Assembly: GCF_902652985.1 (NCBI RefSeq) | Contig: NC_047016.1 | Location: 28,458,001 to 28,522,000, forward strand | Source of the DNA: Pecten maximus | Lineage: Eukaryota | Length of the DNA: 64,000 nucleotides | Direction: 5' to 3' | Shown here: one piece after another, positions 12,978 through 25,740 of the stretch | Layout: each line of letters begins with the position of its first letter | How positions within the stretch are numbered: position 1 is the first letter of the stretch | Made by a program: the position numbers and the translations under genes | Notes under the pieces: model-generated | Told to the model about the DNA's origin: nothing | The model's input: the letters and a program-made list of their open reading frames with translations, nothing else | Database searches by the model: none

Positions 12978-14669
12978 ATGACAAGCCATTCCCGTCTGAG
13001 CTACTCGTATACCTGTCCGCCTAAACCGTTCAGCTATACAACACTCCCGAGAGTGGTGGCAGAAAACGCCCAGAGTCATCCAGATCAAGAGATATTTATC
13101 CTTCGGAGACCTGATGGATCCCGCACACAACTTACCAACACAGAACTATACAACCAGGGAACTCAACTAGCCAGATATATAGTATCGACAGGGATACAGA
13201 AAGGTGATAGAATCGCCCTTATGGGTCCAAATACATTGGAGATGGTTGTTGGTCATGTCGGAATATTAAGCGCTGGTGCCGTTGTCTTGAACATCAACAG
13301 TGAAAAGACAAATGCTTCAGATGTACATGACATTTTCGAATCAGCTGACATAAAATTTGTCATTGTTGACTCGGGAGAACATGATGAACTTTTACCGGCA
13401 ACAAAAGCCTTGCTCCAGCATTCCGATATCCTAAGCGATTATTCAAAAGAAGAAGGAAAGATCGAAGTGTTATTTCTTCGAGCTGTAGATTTGGAGGGGT
13501 TTCACCATACAGTGACTTTAAAGGACATATATGCAATGAACCTGAATGGAATACATTTACCAAACACGTTTCCAGAAGACTCGGCGGTAATTTTTACCAC
13601 ATCTGGCAGCACAGGTAAATCAAAGATGGTTGTCCATACACATTACAGTCTTGCTTGTTGTCCCTTTTCATGGATCCCTGATGTGGATTATGAAAGTATT
13701 GACTACAATGACAGACCATTTAGTTGGGTCGGGGGTACACCTGTTTTCCATATTCTAATGCGCAGATCAAGGGTTTTCATAGATGCTTTTCTAACAATAA
13801 ATGGCAAAAACACAGATTTTCTCTGGAGAGTCATCAAAGAAGAAAGATGCACAGATGCTCTGTTGTTTCCTTACGTGATCCGCGACCTCCTTGACCTTCC
13901 ACAACGTAGTACTGAAGATGGTTATAGATTAAATCATGTTGTCACTGGAGGACAAATGATTGACAGTCTATGTACAAAGATAATGGAAAGTTTTTCTCGC
14001 CATTTGGTCGTTGTGTACGGATGCACAGAACTTCTTGGTTTAAATATGTATGGCCCTTTAGTCAAGGGAGAAACTTTGATGCCGGGAGAGGTTGGTCGGC
14101 CCTACCCTGGTGTTGAGGTACGAATTGTTGATGAGGAGGAAAACCCTATAGGTTTAGATGCAATTGGCAAGGTACAAGCGCGCGGACCTTGTATCTTGAA
14201 GGAATACTTTGGAAGTAAACAGCTCACAGCCAATGCCTTCGCGCCTGGGTCATGGTTCCGAACAGGAGACATAGGCAAAATAAGCTGTAATGGGAGTCTC
14301 GTGATCACGGGAAGAGAAAAAGATGTAATTTCAAGAGGAGGACGAAAGATATATCCTGTTATGTTGGAAGATTTAATCAAACAGATGTCATGCATCAAGT
14401 ACGTATGTGCCGTACCAGTCCCTGACAGGAGGTTGATAGAAGAAGTCTGCGTCTGCTTTGTGAGTTCCGATAGGACAGAACTTAAAGAGAAGGACGTTAA
14501 AATGTTCTGCGAGAAAACCCTCTTTGCACGAAGCACACTGGACGGTTTGGGTGTTTTGCCTGCGTTTTACGTGAAGTTTGAGGAGTTTCCTTCGTTGTCA
14601 AATGGGAAACCCGATAAAAGGGCCATACGAAACGAAGCTATCAGGCGTTTACATTTATCAGTTGAATAA
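12978..14669 (+). CDS. Acyl-CoA synthetase / AMP-binding adenylate-forming enzyme (ACSF2-like), single coding exon, 563 aa
   Basis: Uninterrupted ORF with IFTTSGSTGKSK (A3), YGCTE (A5), WFRTGDIG (A7), GREKD (A8) and SNGKPDK (A10 Lys). Acceptor tttcaattcag at 12968 lies just before ATG 12978, implying an upstream non-coding exon. The ORF track starts at 12942. Confidence 0.93.
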   Translation: MTSHSRLSYSYTCPPKPFSYTTLPRVVAENAQSHPDQEIFILRRPDGSRTQLTNTELYNQGTQLARYIVSTGIQKGDRIALMGPNTLEMVVGHVGILSAGAVVLNINSEKTNASDVHDIFESADIKFVIVDSGEHDELLPATKALLQHSDILSDYSKEEGKIEVLFLRAVDLEGFHHTVTLKDIYAMNLNGIHLPNTFPEDSAVIFTTSGSTGKSKMVVHTHYSLACCPFSWIPDVDYESIDYNDRPFSWVGGTPVFHILMRRSRVFIDAFLTINGKNTDFLWRVIKEERCTDALLFPYVIRDLLDLPQRSTEDGYRLNHVVTGGQMIDSLCTKIMESFSRHLVVVYGCTELLGLNMYGPLVKGETLMPGEVGRPYPGVEVRIVDEEENPIGLDAIGKVQARGPCILKEYFGSKQLTANAFAPGSWFRTGDIGKISCNGSLVITGREKDVISRGGRKIYPVMLEDLIKQMSCIKYVCAVPVPDRRLIEEVCVCFVSSDRTELKEKDVKMFCEKTLFARSTLDGLGVLPAFYVKFEEFPSLSNGKPDKRAIRNEAIRRLHLSVE

Positions 14670-15907
14670 TGGACCAACACGCGTCCTTTTCAAAGTTATT
14701 GCTAGACATCATTTGATGTTTGGGTATGTCCTGCTGTCTGATATAGGTTTGTGTTAAATGATAGAAATATCTTACTATTGATCCGGGGTGTCTATTATAG
14801 CACTTCATTGTCGCTAGGTAATCTTACTTTTTGCATTATCAACAGCTTTGAAAATATCCATGGTGTCCATGATAACTAGTTACTAGATTCCAATTGAATA
14901 ATCCATCATTCGTCAATTTTCACAAAGGTACTTGTAAGCTGAACATTTAACAGTAAAAACAAATCACAAATAAAACTGCTTAGTCAATGTCCTTGATCGA
15001 AGTCATTTGAATGAAACGACGGAGAAACATCTAACATAGGCCTGAACCCTGAGTGTGAATTCTCTGTCCGTGGTACAGTGGTAACTAGATCTCTGTTACT
15101 CGACATGTATATTGTTTTGCCGATAGAAAAAAACAAATAATCACTATTTAATCAGTCCACGTACTTTTATTGCGAATTTTTATCCCAAACAAAAGAATAT
15201 ATAATTCTATTTTGAACACTTGTCTCGTGTCAGAAAACTGTTAAAGCTCAGTATTAGGATTATTTGTTGAAAGGCATGATGTTTCAATAAGCACATCTGA
15301 TGATGAATATTCAAGTAGCACTAACAGCATAACTACAAAGTCCAGGAACGGGCAGATTAGAGAATCGTGCAGTGATTAGTCTTATATTCAGACGGAACGT
15401 TCGATTTTGTGGTATTGAGTATTTGCGCCGAGTTATTAAAATTTTCTATTAATAAATCACACAAATCTATTAGTGTCATACTAATATTTCATTTTGCAAA
15501 ATGACATAATTTACAAACAGAGTCGTTCATTGAAAATAGATTGTACACTTTCCTTCATTCGAACTTTATTTTGTCACTTAGTGATTCGGCTCATTGAATT
15601 TATTGGCTACAATAGGAGAAGTTTAACTTGGTACATTTGTAAGTACAAATGTTATGTAATAAACATCAGCATTATAGTTGAACTCGTTAGTTTATTTTCA
15701 AATTTACAAAAGACACTAGGTATATATCGTGTCAGTTCTTAATCTGGAAATTAACTAATTCGTGTCATATAAACATCATTCGGCATATAGCTGAACTGTT
15801 CATTCTGTGCTTCCTGCAACCACGCGATGTGATTGAAAAAACAAAACAAATCAACGTCCGTATTTATGTTATTATTTGACATATTCATTGACAAAGCTAA
15901 CAAGCAA

Positions 15908-18809
15908 TCATCCAAATATGATCCATCCTGGGTTTGTTGTTGGAGCGGCCGAATTACTGTAAATCAATTGCATAAAATTGGATTACTGTATAAGATACGA
16001 GATTCAGTATAAATTCAATTATTAAAAAGTAGAAAAATAAGATGAATGTAACGTTAACGTACATTTTTGATTGATTACACGAATTAAATGCATAACATGA
16101 ATAAACTATTGTAAATATTACAATCTTTTGTATGTTTCTTTATCATAATTCTGCCATTTATTATGGAGTAGTTAATTAAATTGTTACTTTTGCTGGCAAA
16201 TGAAGCGTCTGTGGATGTAACAGTAATAGTCGCCCATCTGAAACCGGTATGGTCCCCAGAGGAGAAGACAGTCTTCATTAGCTCCATTGCTTGGCTCCCC
16301 CGGCCCCCAATCGGTATAGTTGAGAGGCTTTCCAATCGACGAATATTGCCACTCACTTTCTACTTCAAGGTCATTACCGTCGATCCAGTAACCATGGGCT
16401 AAATAATCGGACGAAAAAAGCTTTATTGTTTAAAATAATTTTAGGTGTTGGCCATATTTGAGTATCTCAAACATAATATACTATTTATAATCAGCGTACA
16501 TCACATGCTTCATATTTCGTTTTTTTTCTTTCTCATACTTGTGAAAATATAAAAGTGAACATATAATATACTGACTGTTTGCACTTTTTCAACTTTTTAT
16601 ACTTTTCTGTTGTTGATCTTGTGAGAATCAAGAAAATAGGACAATCTTTTATTTGCAAACACGAATCTGAAAAATGTGTCAAAAATCTGTTGTGTTGTGC
16701 ATAGAAATGAAAAAAAAGGAGAAAAAACAGTTTTTTTGCCCTTCATGAAAAGCCCATTTCATTTTTTACTCTCGATTGGTCACTCAAATCATCAGTGTGT
16801 GACCATTTTTTATTGTTGCAAATTCATTTTGCTATACAACTTTATATTGTTCAATATAATAGAAATGGTAAACGATAATTCGAAAAATTATTTTTATTTT
16901 TATTTCTGGTGTGACGTTTTAATTCTGACCACAAATGATGAAATGCAACCCAAATAATAATAGGACAAAAAAGAAGCAAAATAACCTCTTATTTTGATAT
17001 TTTTAAGAAAGATTAATTAGTTTTCTCTTGATCTGCTAAACGTTTATTAAAAATATAACATGAACTTTATATATTAAGCGTTAAATATACAAAATTTGGC
17101 GAAAAAATGAGTATTTTGCCAATAAAAACTAAGCCCTAGGGGTAACTTAAATTGCGATTTTAAGTTAAATGAATTGTTTAAAGAAATTCAACTTCCATAA
17201 TTAAAAAAAAATAATTTTGTTAGTTTTGCAAGTATCCATACATATCTGAAAACACATATAGAAGACATGGAATGGATTTGTCTTCTTCAAGGTCAAATCA
17301 GCATGAATCCACTTAAAATCACACATTATATCAAATTGGTATCTTTGAGTGGTCATAGATCGAAAACGATCACACGGACATATACTTACATTTTCTGTCA
17401 TGAATTTAATTCCCTCTACCAAATATGTATATGAGAAAATTTTAAGATGTGAATTTTTTGACATCATAGAGATGTACATGCTTAAGTGTTTTATCTTAAT
17501 GAGCATTAACATTTTGCTAAATTTCTGATTCAAAACATGGCAAACAGCTATATTAATAATATATTTACTCTTTCTAACGTGTAAATTCGTCCTTATCTAC
17601 ATGGCATGTCTTGTAAAGTATCCATGATAAGAAGGTTTATCTCTAAAGATATACGAAATCTTACCGATTGCATGTATTCCATTCAAGTATGCCTTGAGAA
17701 ACGTTTGCTCCTCTTCTGTCTGGATGGTTGCCAGGGTACTATGAAGAATTCCACATGCTTCCTACATAAGATCAAAGATACATTTAAAGCTGATTTCAAA
17801 GGATTGGAAGTGCTCTTGGTTCTTCGGTGAAATGTCTGCACATTGGATTTGTTAATGCAAATTTAGAGCTGACACATTTCTTCGATTCCACAATGTCCTT
17901 GAAAAATACTGCAAACATGTTACTTCCACTTTGATTCATGTGGTAAAATAATATCATAAGGTTTAGTGTATATTAGGTAACGATGAGTTACACACTATGT
18001 CAGCTGCCCATTATAAACTCACTTCAGCGTCAGGCCACGTTAAGACAGTGTGTGAAAACATGTAGCAAGAATTCTGGAAACTGATCCATCCATGTCTGCA
18101 ACTTCCCTGTGAGGTTGCGATAGTGGTTAAGGAACCTAGAACTGCAAACATGTTATTGTGATACTTAAGTTATTTGTAAACTGAAATCTTTCTGAGTATA
18201 TAAGGCGTATATCTCTCTGCAAGTTGAAAAATAGTAACAAATGTTATCAAGAGATATATTTGCACATCAACAATTACTAAAAAGTGTATTGTAAATTAGT
18301 TTTTACACAATGCACTCATCAATATAAACTATTAGTATAACATCACAAAATCAGAAGAAAGATTTTTTCAATTATTTTCAAAAATCATTCTCTTATCGTT
18401 TGAGATAGTATTAATTTGGACTGGTATTGATGTATCTTTTTCCTTGGAAGACAAATCTCATGGCATGCTATGGCTGTGTTTATAAGCTGACCAGTTCCAA
18501 AAGACACGAGGCTCGTAGTCAACTGAGATCGTTGTTCAACATCTGAGTGTTAAAAATTAGTTAACTAGAAAAAATAGAATATTACATTTAAGGTCTCCTA
18601 GAGAGCTAGCATAAGTCTGTCTCGAACATGATTCTAATACTGATATGCTAATGGTCACCTGTACAGAAACGTTATCTATCTTTCAAATGCCAAATATATA
18701 AGTATTTAAGCTTAAAATTAACACGTTTTAATATTGTATAAGTTTTTCTCACAACGTAAATACCTGTATACAACTGGGATACGACGAGCAATACGGTCAC
18801 TCCTGACAT
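15908..18809 (-). CDS. C-type lectin 1 (perlucin-like, secreted, single CRD; EPS/MGD)
   Basis: Exons 18809-18764 (MSGVTVLLVVSQLYT), 18141-18023 (SCRHGWISFQNSCYMFS), 17761-17665, 16398-16188 (YWIDGND..WGPGEPSNGANEDC..MGDYYC..FICQ), 15956-15908 (NSAAPTTNPGWIIFG*). All GT-AG and in phase. Confidence 0.88.
16440..17484. mobile_element. Non-autonomous DNA transposon relic in CTL1 intron 3 (related to 1455-2302)
   Basis: Shared blocks with 1455-2302. Right end gatgtacatgcTTAA. Confidence 0.45.
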
Positions 18810-19644
18810 ATTGGCACGGTTGGTTCTACTCGGTAATGTGTTCGTGTTATCTATGCGTGTTTTATCTCTACATAGACCAATATACAAGGAATTGTCGTCA
18901 AATAGCTAAAGTTTACTACCAACGTGCATTGAACTCGTCTGAGTGCATATCATCCAGAGAATCATGCCTGTGCATATGTCTAGTGGTTCCGTTGTAACCA
19001 CACTAGTTCTGATTTTTAGAATATGTTTTCAATAACTTATCTTGTCGTTTTGACAAAAATAAACCAGAAAACACTGTTTGGTGAGAATCGCATCAACAAT
19101 TCCCCAGTTTAGCAAATGGCATCAGGACGTGACTGACATGGATAACACTTAACACGCCCCCTCCCCCCCCCCCCCCCCCCCCCCCGACCCCCTTCCATGG
19201 CGGGGGAATAACAACAGCTAACGTGATGCATATAACCATAATCAGCCACAAACCTCCCGACACTTCCGCACAAAGCTAAGATAAATAGATCGATGCCCTC
19301 GCTAACGTGTTCCTATACACGACTTGACGTGAAGAACTACATAATATCACCAGCGTTCTTAGTTGTACTTTTAGAGCTTATATCTTCAGACGTTTTCAAC
19401 TGCCCGGCGGGTAGGTAATTAGAATTGTACCTGCTGCTTCCATTGCATTATTGTAACTGAATTTGGGATAGTATCTCACTCCTCTTTCCAATCAACTTCT
19501 GTCTTTTGAAAAAAAAGCTTAGGTTTTCATCGGAAAGTCTGACTTTTCTGAAAAACAAATAAGTTAATGAAATGCATAAGAAAGTACAGAAACGCTTTTC
19601 AAATGACAGGATTATTTATTATCATTTCAACACTACTGTCAGAG

Positions 19645-22158
19645 TCATCCAATAAGGCCATTTTCGAAGTCCGTTTCGACACGGAAAAGATTTTAATGTA
19701 TAAATGCAATTATGTATATAGATATGAAATTTGATTTTTACGTTTGATGTGCACCACTGCATAGAGTCACATCGTACGTTCAATATTGTCTTTAGAGGAG
19801 GGAAGCAGTACTTCGAAACTTTGATTTCTATGACATGCTTCGATAAAGAAAGAAATTCAAGGAGTTCAGGTATGGCAAACGAAGTTATAAACCTTATGCT
19901 TATCTAATAATTACATTCATTTCTTGAATTTACAAATATTAAAGACAGGTATACGATAGTCAGTATTGAAAATATAATATCAGATGCAAAATTCAGTGTA
20001 AATTCAATCTTTAAAAAGTTGAGAAAGAAGATGAATGTAACGTCAACGTATATCTTTTATTGATAGTAACATTTATATACATGTTAAATAATTACAAGAA
20101 TATATTATTGTACATATTACATTGTGTTGTCTATTTCTTTATCATAAGTGTGCCAGTTCACATGGTTTACTTAATTATATTATTACCTATGCTGACAAAT
20201 AAAGCGTTTGTTGACGTGACAGTAATAGCCGCCCATCTGAAACCGGTATAGTCCCCAGAGTCAGATTCGAAACTACGCAAACAGATATAGTCGTAGATGA
20301 AGTCAGTAGGCACAGTCCAAGAACAGCGAATTTTCAAGAGGAATAACACAGTTCCCCGAGTCATCATAAACGACATGAACACACGTCACCTTAAATCGTC
20401 AGTGCGGGGGTATCAATATTGATGTCTGTGAGCCGGAGTGTACTCATAAGAAAATGGTGTTGATATAAAAGATTTCACATACGTGTGCAGGTATGGGGTT
20501 GAACGGGTATCGCACCGGATAGACTCGGTTGTTTCCTAGGAAACGCTTATGTTTCTATCGACTGGATTTACGTTGCGATTTCAAAGATATTTCGCTCGAT
20601 ACAGATTCCATGTCTAACAAGTCAGATCAGTGTCACTAACTAAGCTGACAATTTCATCTTCAAAGAGTTTTGTCTCGTAGTTTGGAGTAAGTAAGGCCCT
20701 TGACATCAGGAAATAGCAGCAACACTAAAGACGAAAACCATGTCGATACCCCCAATTTTTTCTCAAGATCTTTTATAAAAGCTGGACTTTTAGCCTTGTC
20801 GCATCTTCCATTCCTCAGAATTCGGGAACGAGCCCCTGTGATTGTGACGACAGTACCAAATACTCGGATATGGAATACTGCACCACTTGTCATATGTTTG
20901 TGATAGCTATATTTCTTACCATACATTTTTAGCGTCATAGCCTATGAAGTTTTTTTTAGAGACGGACTAAATTCTAACAAATGTCGAAAGGTCTCTTGGC
21001 ATGTTGATACCGAAAGTAACTGAAAGCCATTATTAAGTTGTTTTAAACCTATATCCCCTGATGCTGTATTCCTGCACCGACTGAATCACTGTTAATTGCA
21101 GTATACAGTCTCATAACTACAATTCGGTTCACTAATGACATTTAGACAAATACAACACAGAATGTAGATAAATCTGAAAAAGACATCAATCACACCTGTT
21201 GCATGAAGTCCATTCAGGTATGTCTCGAGAAACGTTTGCTCTTCTTCTGTCTGGACAGTTGCTAGAGTACCATGGGTAATTTCGCACACTTCCTATAATA
21301 GGTAAAAGATACAATTCAGGCATATTTAACAAAACTGGAAATGAGCATGGAATCTGTTGAAACACGTTCATAACGATAACCGATTGTCTTAACATACAGA
21401 GGCTTTTCACGAGAGATTAGTGATGATAGCACTTTTATCAATGTCGATAACATTTATATTGACTAATTCTTTAATTGAAAAGGCGAATATGGTGAACTAA
21501 ATAAGTAAATCTAAAAATAAATGAATGAAACATTCGTATTTTTAATTGTTTCTTCAATATTCAGACTCAGTTATGTCCTTGCCTTCTGTCAAAATCTAAC
21601 CACAACTTTTTTATCAGCTTCCACTAATATCAATGAGGTAGAATGATATGTTTAGTGTGTATTGAACTTTTTGACAGATTATATTCTACGTCAGTTATCC
21701 CGATATAAACTCACCTCAGCTTCAGTCCGCGTTAAGACAGTGTGTGAAAACATGTAGCAGGAATTCTGGAAGCTGATCCATCCATGTCTACAACTTCCCT
21801 GTGAAGTCGCGATAGTGGTAAGGAGACTGAAACTACACACATGTTATTGTTTTGTAATTTGTCAACTGAGAATGGTTGTGGGTATGTTTTAAAACTATGT
21901 TTCTCTCTTCAAGTTGAAATGTTTCAGTAATGCATGCTGTCTCACACATGATTTCATTACAAAAATGACCATGGTCATATGTACATTAATTCTATCGGTC
22001 ACTTATATGCGAAATATATCAATAATTTTTACATATCCGTATTTGTACTGGAATATACTGTACACATGTTTATACTGTACAAGTTGTTCACACAACGTAT
22101 ATTGCAATGTACCTGTATACAACTGGGATACGACGAGCAATACGGCCACTCCAGACAT
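19645..22158 (-). pseudogene. C-type lectin 2, chimeric pseudogene (CTL1-type exons 1-4, CTL3-type exon 5)
   Basis: Exon 1 is 22158-22113. Exon 2 (21832-21715) is 118 nt versus 119 nt in CTL1, a frameshift. Exon 3 is 21292-21196. Only the 3' 74 nt of exon 4 remain (20260-20187, LWGLYRFQMGGYYC..FICQ). Exon 5 (19681-19645, VETDFENGLIG*) has its acceptor mutated from AG to CG. Confidence 0.85.
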
Positions 22159-23532
22159 ACCGTTACAATTGTTCTTACTCGGTAATGTGTGCTTGTTATC
22201 TTTACGTGTTTTATCTCAGACCAATATACAAAAACAGTTGTCGACATATAGCTGCTAGTTTACAACTAACAAGCATTGAACACGTCTGACTGCCTATCGC
22301 CCAGGGATATATGCTTATTTATACGCCTAGTGGATCCATTGTCACCACACTAGCTCTTATTTTGAGAATATGACTTAACTCGTCTTCTAGAATATGAGTT
22401 TACCCGGGTTTTAACTAGATTTTACTGGCAGGTTTCATCGATGAAGCAGAAAGCGTTTAACCTTCTTGTAACACTTGGTCCAATTCTCCGTTTTCTTTTT
22501 CAATGGTATCCATTTAAATCTTAACAATTGTAGTAGGACAGTGAGCAATACAACGAGAGGTTGTCACCTCGACTTGTGTTGTGTTCTAATTATAAGGTCG
22601 AATGGTTTCAACCGGTGACACCCAGTCATGTTCTGCCGCCACCACATCCAGGTTCGATTCGCCAATGGCATAGACGTGAAATGATCACTATAAGAGTATT
22701 GTAAATTTAAAAAGATTATTCAGATAAAGATGATGTATGAAATATGTACAATGAATAAGAGTAGCTAGATGTTTGGGACTAATCCATGTCCAATATGGCG
22801 TGTTCAGGCGAAAAGCGCACTGTAACAAAATACCGGGATTATATGGCCATAAATAACACCTGGTACGATAAAAATGGAACCAAAAGGTAACAAACTATTT
22901 CACCTACATAGCTAATACAACAACACGACCGGACAAAGGGGCAAAACTCCTAACGTGGAACTTATTGAAAACCGATTCCGCCACATAAATATTGGTCTTT
23001 TGTAGTTTGCTTTGTAAGTTATCGGTTATTATTTTGCAGTGAAATGTCGCTTTGAATTGGCTTTGGAGAAGGCTGATTTTCTGTAGTAGGCATAAATATA
23101 ACAACAGCTAATGCGAAGAATGTTACCCCTATAAGCCACACAACAGCCCCTTTCCTACAAAAATGAGATAATCAAATAAATGTTATTGTTAACGCGTTCC
23201 TATACAGGTCTTATCCTAAGGAACTTCATGTTATCACCAGCTTCCCTCGTTTGGCTTCTGGAGCATTCAGCCCATTTTCGCTTCACAGAGGAAACAGACG
23301 TATTCGACTATACTGCGGGTAGATGATAAGAATTGTACCTCTTTCCCCCATAGCACGATCGCACGTCGCGACTAATCTCGTCTTATTCCTCTTTTCTAAT
23401 AACGGAGTGTCTGACTTATATTCTCCTGACAAAACATAAGACGATGAAATACTCGTAACTAGAAACAAATAATAAAGAAACACTTTCCAAGAGACAGAAT
23501 TCTTTATTACCATCACAACATTACTGTCAGAG

Positions 23533-25270
23533 TCACCCAATTAATCCGTTTTCGAAGTCCGTTTCGACACTGAAAAGATATAAATGTGTCAATTCATCTA
23601 CTCATATAGACATTTAAACTATTTACCAGTTTGGTGTGCGATTGAGAATAGAAACTTGGGTGATTTCAACGTTTTAATCTCTATGGCATACATTCTCGGG
23701 AAAAACGAAAAGCAAGGAGTTCGAGTAATCCTTCTACTTATGTTTTGAATATATTCACATCTTGAATTTGATAATTATTTAAACTGATATACGCTAATCA
23801 ATATTGAAAATATATTCATACGTTTGCTGGCATATATAGTTCCGTTTATTTGAACATGCGTTATCCCCCATCTGGAATTTACTGGCTCCCCAAAGGATCA
23901 GACAGTTTTCGTTTTCCCCCATGTTAGGTTCATGCGGTGCCCAGTCGGTGAAGGTTAGGTTCTGGCCTGTTGTCATCCATTTCCATACGTGTTCAACCTC
24001 CAAGTCTGACCCGTCCAGCCAATAATGTACCGATGATATCTTTGGATCTAAAACGTGAATGTTGATATGGGACATTGTGTAATGATACCGGTACGTACTT
24101 TTCAACGACAACAGAAATCAGTTCAAATGTTTTGTACTATAGGATAGTTGTTGAAATAAGTACGTGCATTTATTTTTAACAAATAAATCAGTATTACATA
24201 GAAATAACGGTATTTGATATTATGTTTAATTTACCGTTTTTGTGTAATTCAAGTAAATGCGTTGACAGAAAATTCTGTTCCTCAGCAGAAAGTACAGTAG
24301 CCAGTTCGGCATGGAACGCATGGCAGGTTTCCTGTACCGAAACGAATAAATCTTGAGTAAGGATATAGTATTCATTGTTGCAAAAATGTATATTTTAATG
24401 ATTCCTTCATAAGTGATGAACACAATAACATAACATCAGTATAACAATCTTACTACAAAATGCGACTTGTGAATAATAAAACTATAATTCACTAATAAAT
24501 CAATAAATTACCACTCTTAGAAATGAAAAGGGACATAACTCATGTAGACAAATTATCTCCCTTTACTTAGTTAATGTTGGTTTGCGGCGGGAGTGAAAAA
24601 GATGGCCTCGTAAGTTCCTCCATATTAAAATCTGAAGCCATAGTGATCCCTAGATTAAAGCATAACTACTGCTACTACTACTACTACTACCACTACCATT
24701 ACCACTACCACTACCACTATCACTACCACCATCACTACTACTACTACCACTACCATTACCACTACCACTACCACTATCACTACCATTACCACAACTACTA
24801 CTACTACTACTACTCTGCATACAATCGTTTTGTACTTTGAGCCACAAAATGTGTTCACATATCTTACAGATGCCTCTGACCACGTCAGCTGATTGTGAGA
24901 GAACAGGTAACACCACTCGTCGAATGTAACCCAGCCATTTCTGCAGTTTGCGACTGTAATATAAATCATATCATAAATGGAAATATACATCAATGACTAA
25001 TGCGATATGTATGATATCTTCCGTAGGCTTCATAACCACTATGAATATATAAATAAATCAAACACAGACCATGCTTAAGATAATTGAAATCGCCAAAAGT
25101 TATTAATGATTCTAAAGTAGACGTATTTTAATAAAAATCGAAAACATAAAACGATGAAAAACTTAATTAACTAAATGATGTTGCAACATTTATAGTAGCA
25201 TATGGAAAGACTACTCACATACAAAACTGGCTAAGCTATTCAGCAAGACAAAACCAAACAGGAGCTTCAT
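23533..25270 (-). CDS. C-type lectin 3 (perlucin-like; EPN/MGD)
   Basis: Exons 25270-25219 (MKLLFGFVLLNSLASFV), 24953-24868 (NCRNGWVTFDEWCYLFS), 24331-24235, 24047-23822 (YWLDGSD..WAPHEPNMGENENC..MGDNAC..YICQ), 23569-23533 (VETDFENGLIG*). Confidence 0.92.
24665..24813. repeat. Compound (ACT/ACC/ATC)n trinucleotide microsatellite in CTL3 intron 2
   Basis: Directly visible. Produces the spurious poly-Y/H, S/G and V ORFs. Confidence 0.95.
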
Positions 25271-25703
25271 AATTAGATTATCCAGTGAGTCTACTATCAG
25301 GCACGAAACGACCTCTGTCACCCCAAGACTCGCTTATCTGTATGTATCAATGTTTCGCCAACAATCGAGTCGTCATAAAAAAATTTCAAGGGTTTGTGAA
25401 TTGTATATTGTACCGTTTTTTTGTGTGGATAGGCTTATATGTTTAAGTTCATATACTTTGTTCTTTAAAGAGTTTGGTCCTATTAATCAATTTGACATTT
25501 GCAATGGAAACTTTTCCAGATAAAATTACAACGATTAAATGTCAAGATTGCATTACACCACACATATATAATGCATGTAATAACCCTTCGATGTGATTAG
25601 ACATTGTAATACTCAATAAACTAACATGTTTTGACAGTTAACCTTAAATCACAGGCAGAGGCCGCAAGGTTTAATGCTCGAAATGATTTTTATTTATTTA
25701 TTT

Positions 25704-25738
<35 letters not shown>

Positions 25739-25740
25739 AT
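25704..25740. repeat. (TTG)n microsatellite
   Basis: About 11 TTG units. Confidence 0.9.

Noticed and set aside
13360-14536. Antisense ORFs (67 and 144 aa) inside the acyl-CoA synthetase
   Set aside because: Shadow frames of the real CDS, with no motifs.
24574-24993. His/Tyr-rich, Ser/Gly-rich and poly-Val ORFs resembling shell-matrix or adhesive proteins
   Set aside because: They are translations of an intronic trinucleotide microsatellite within CTL3.
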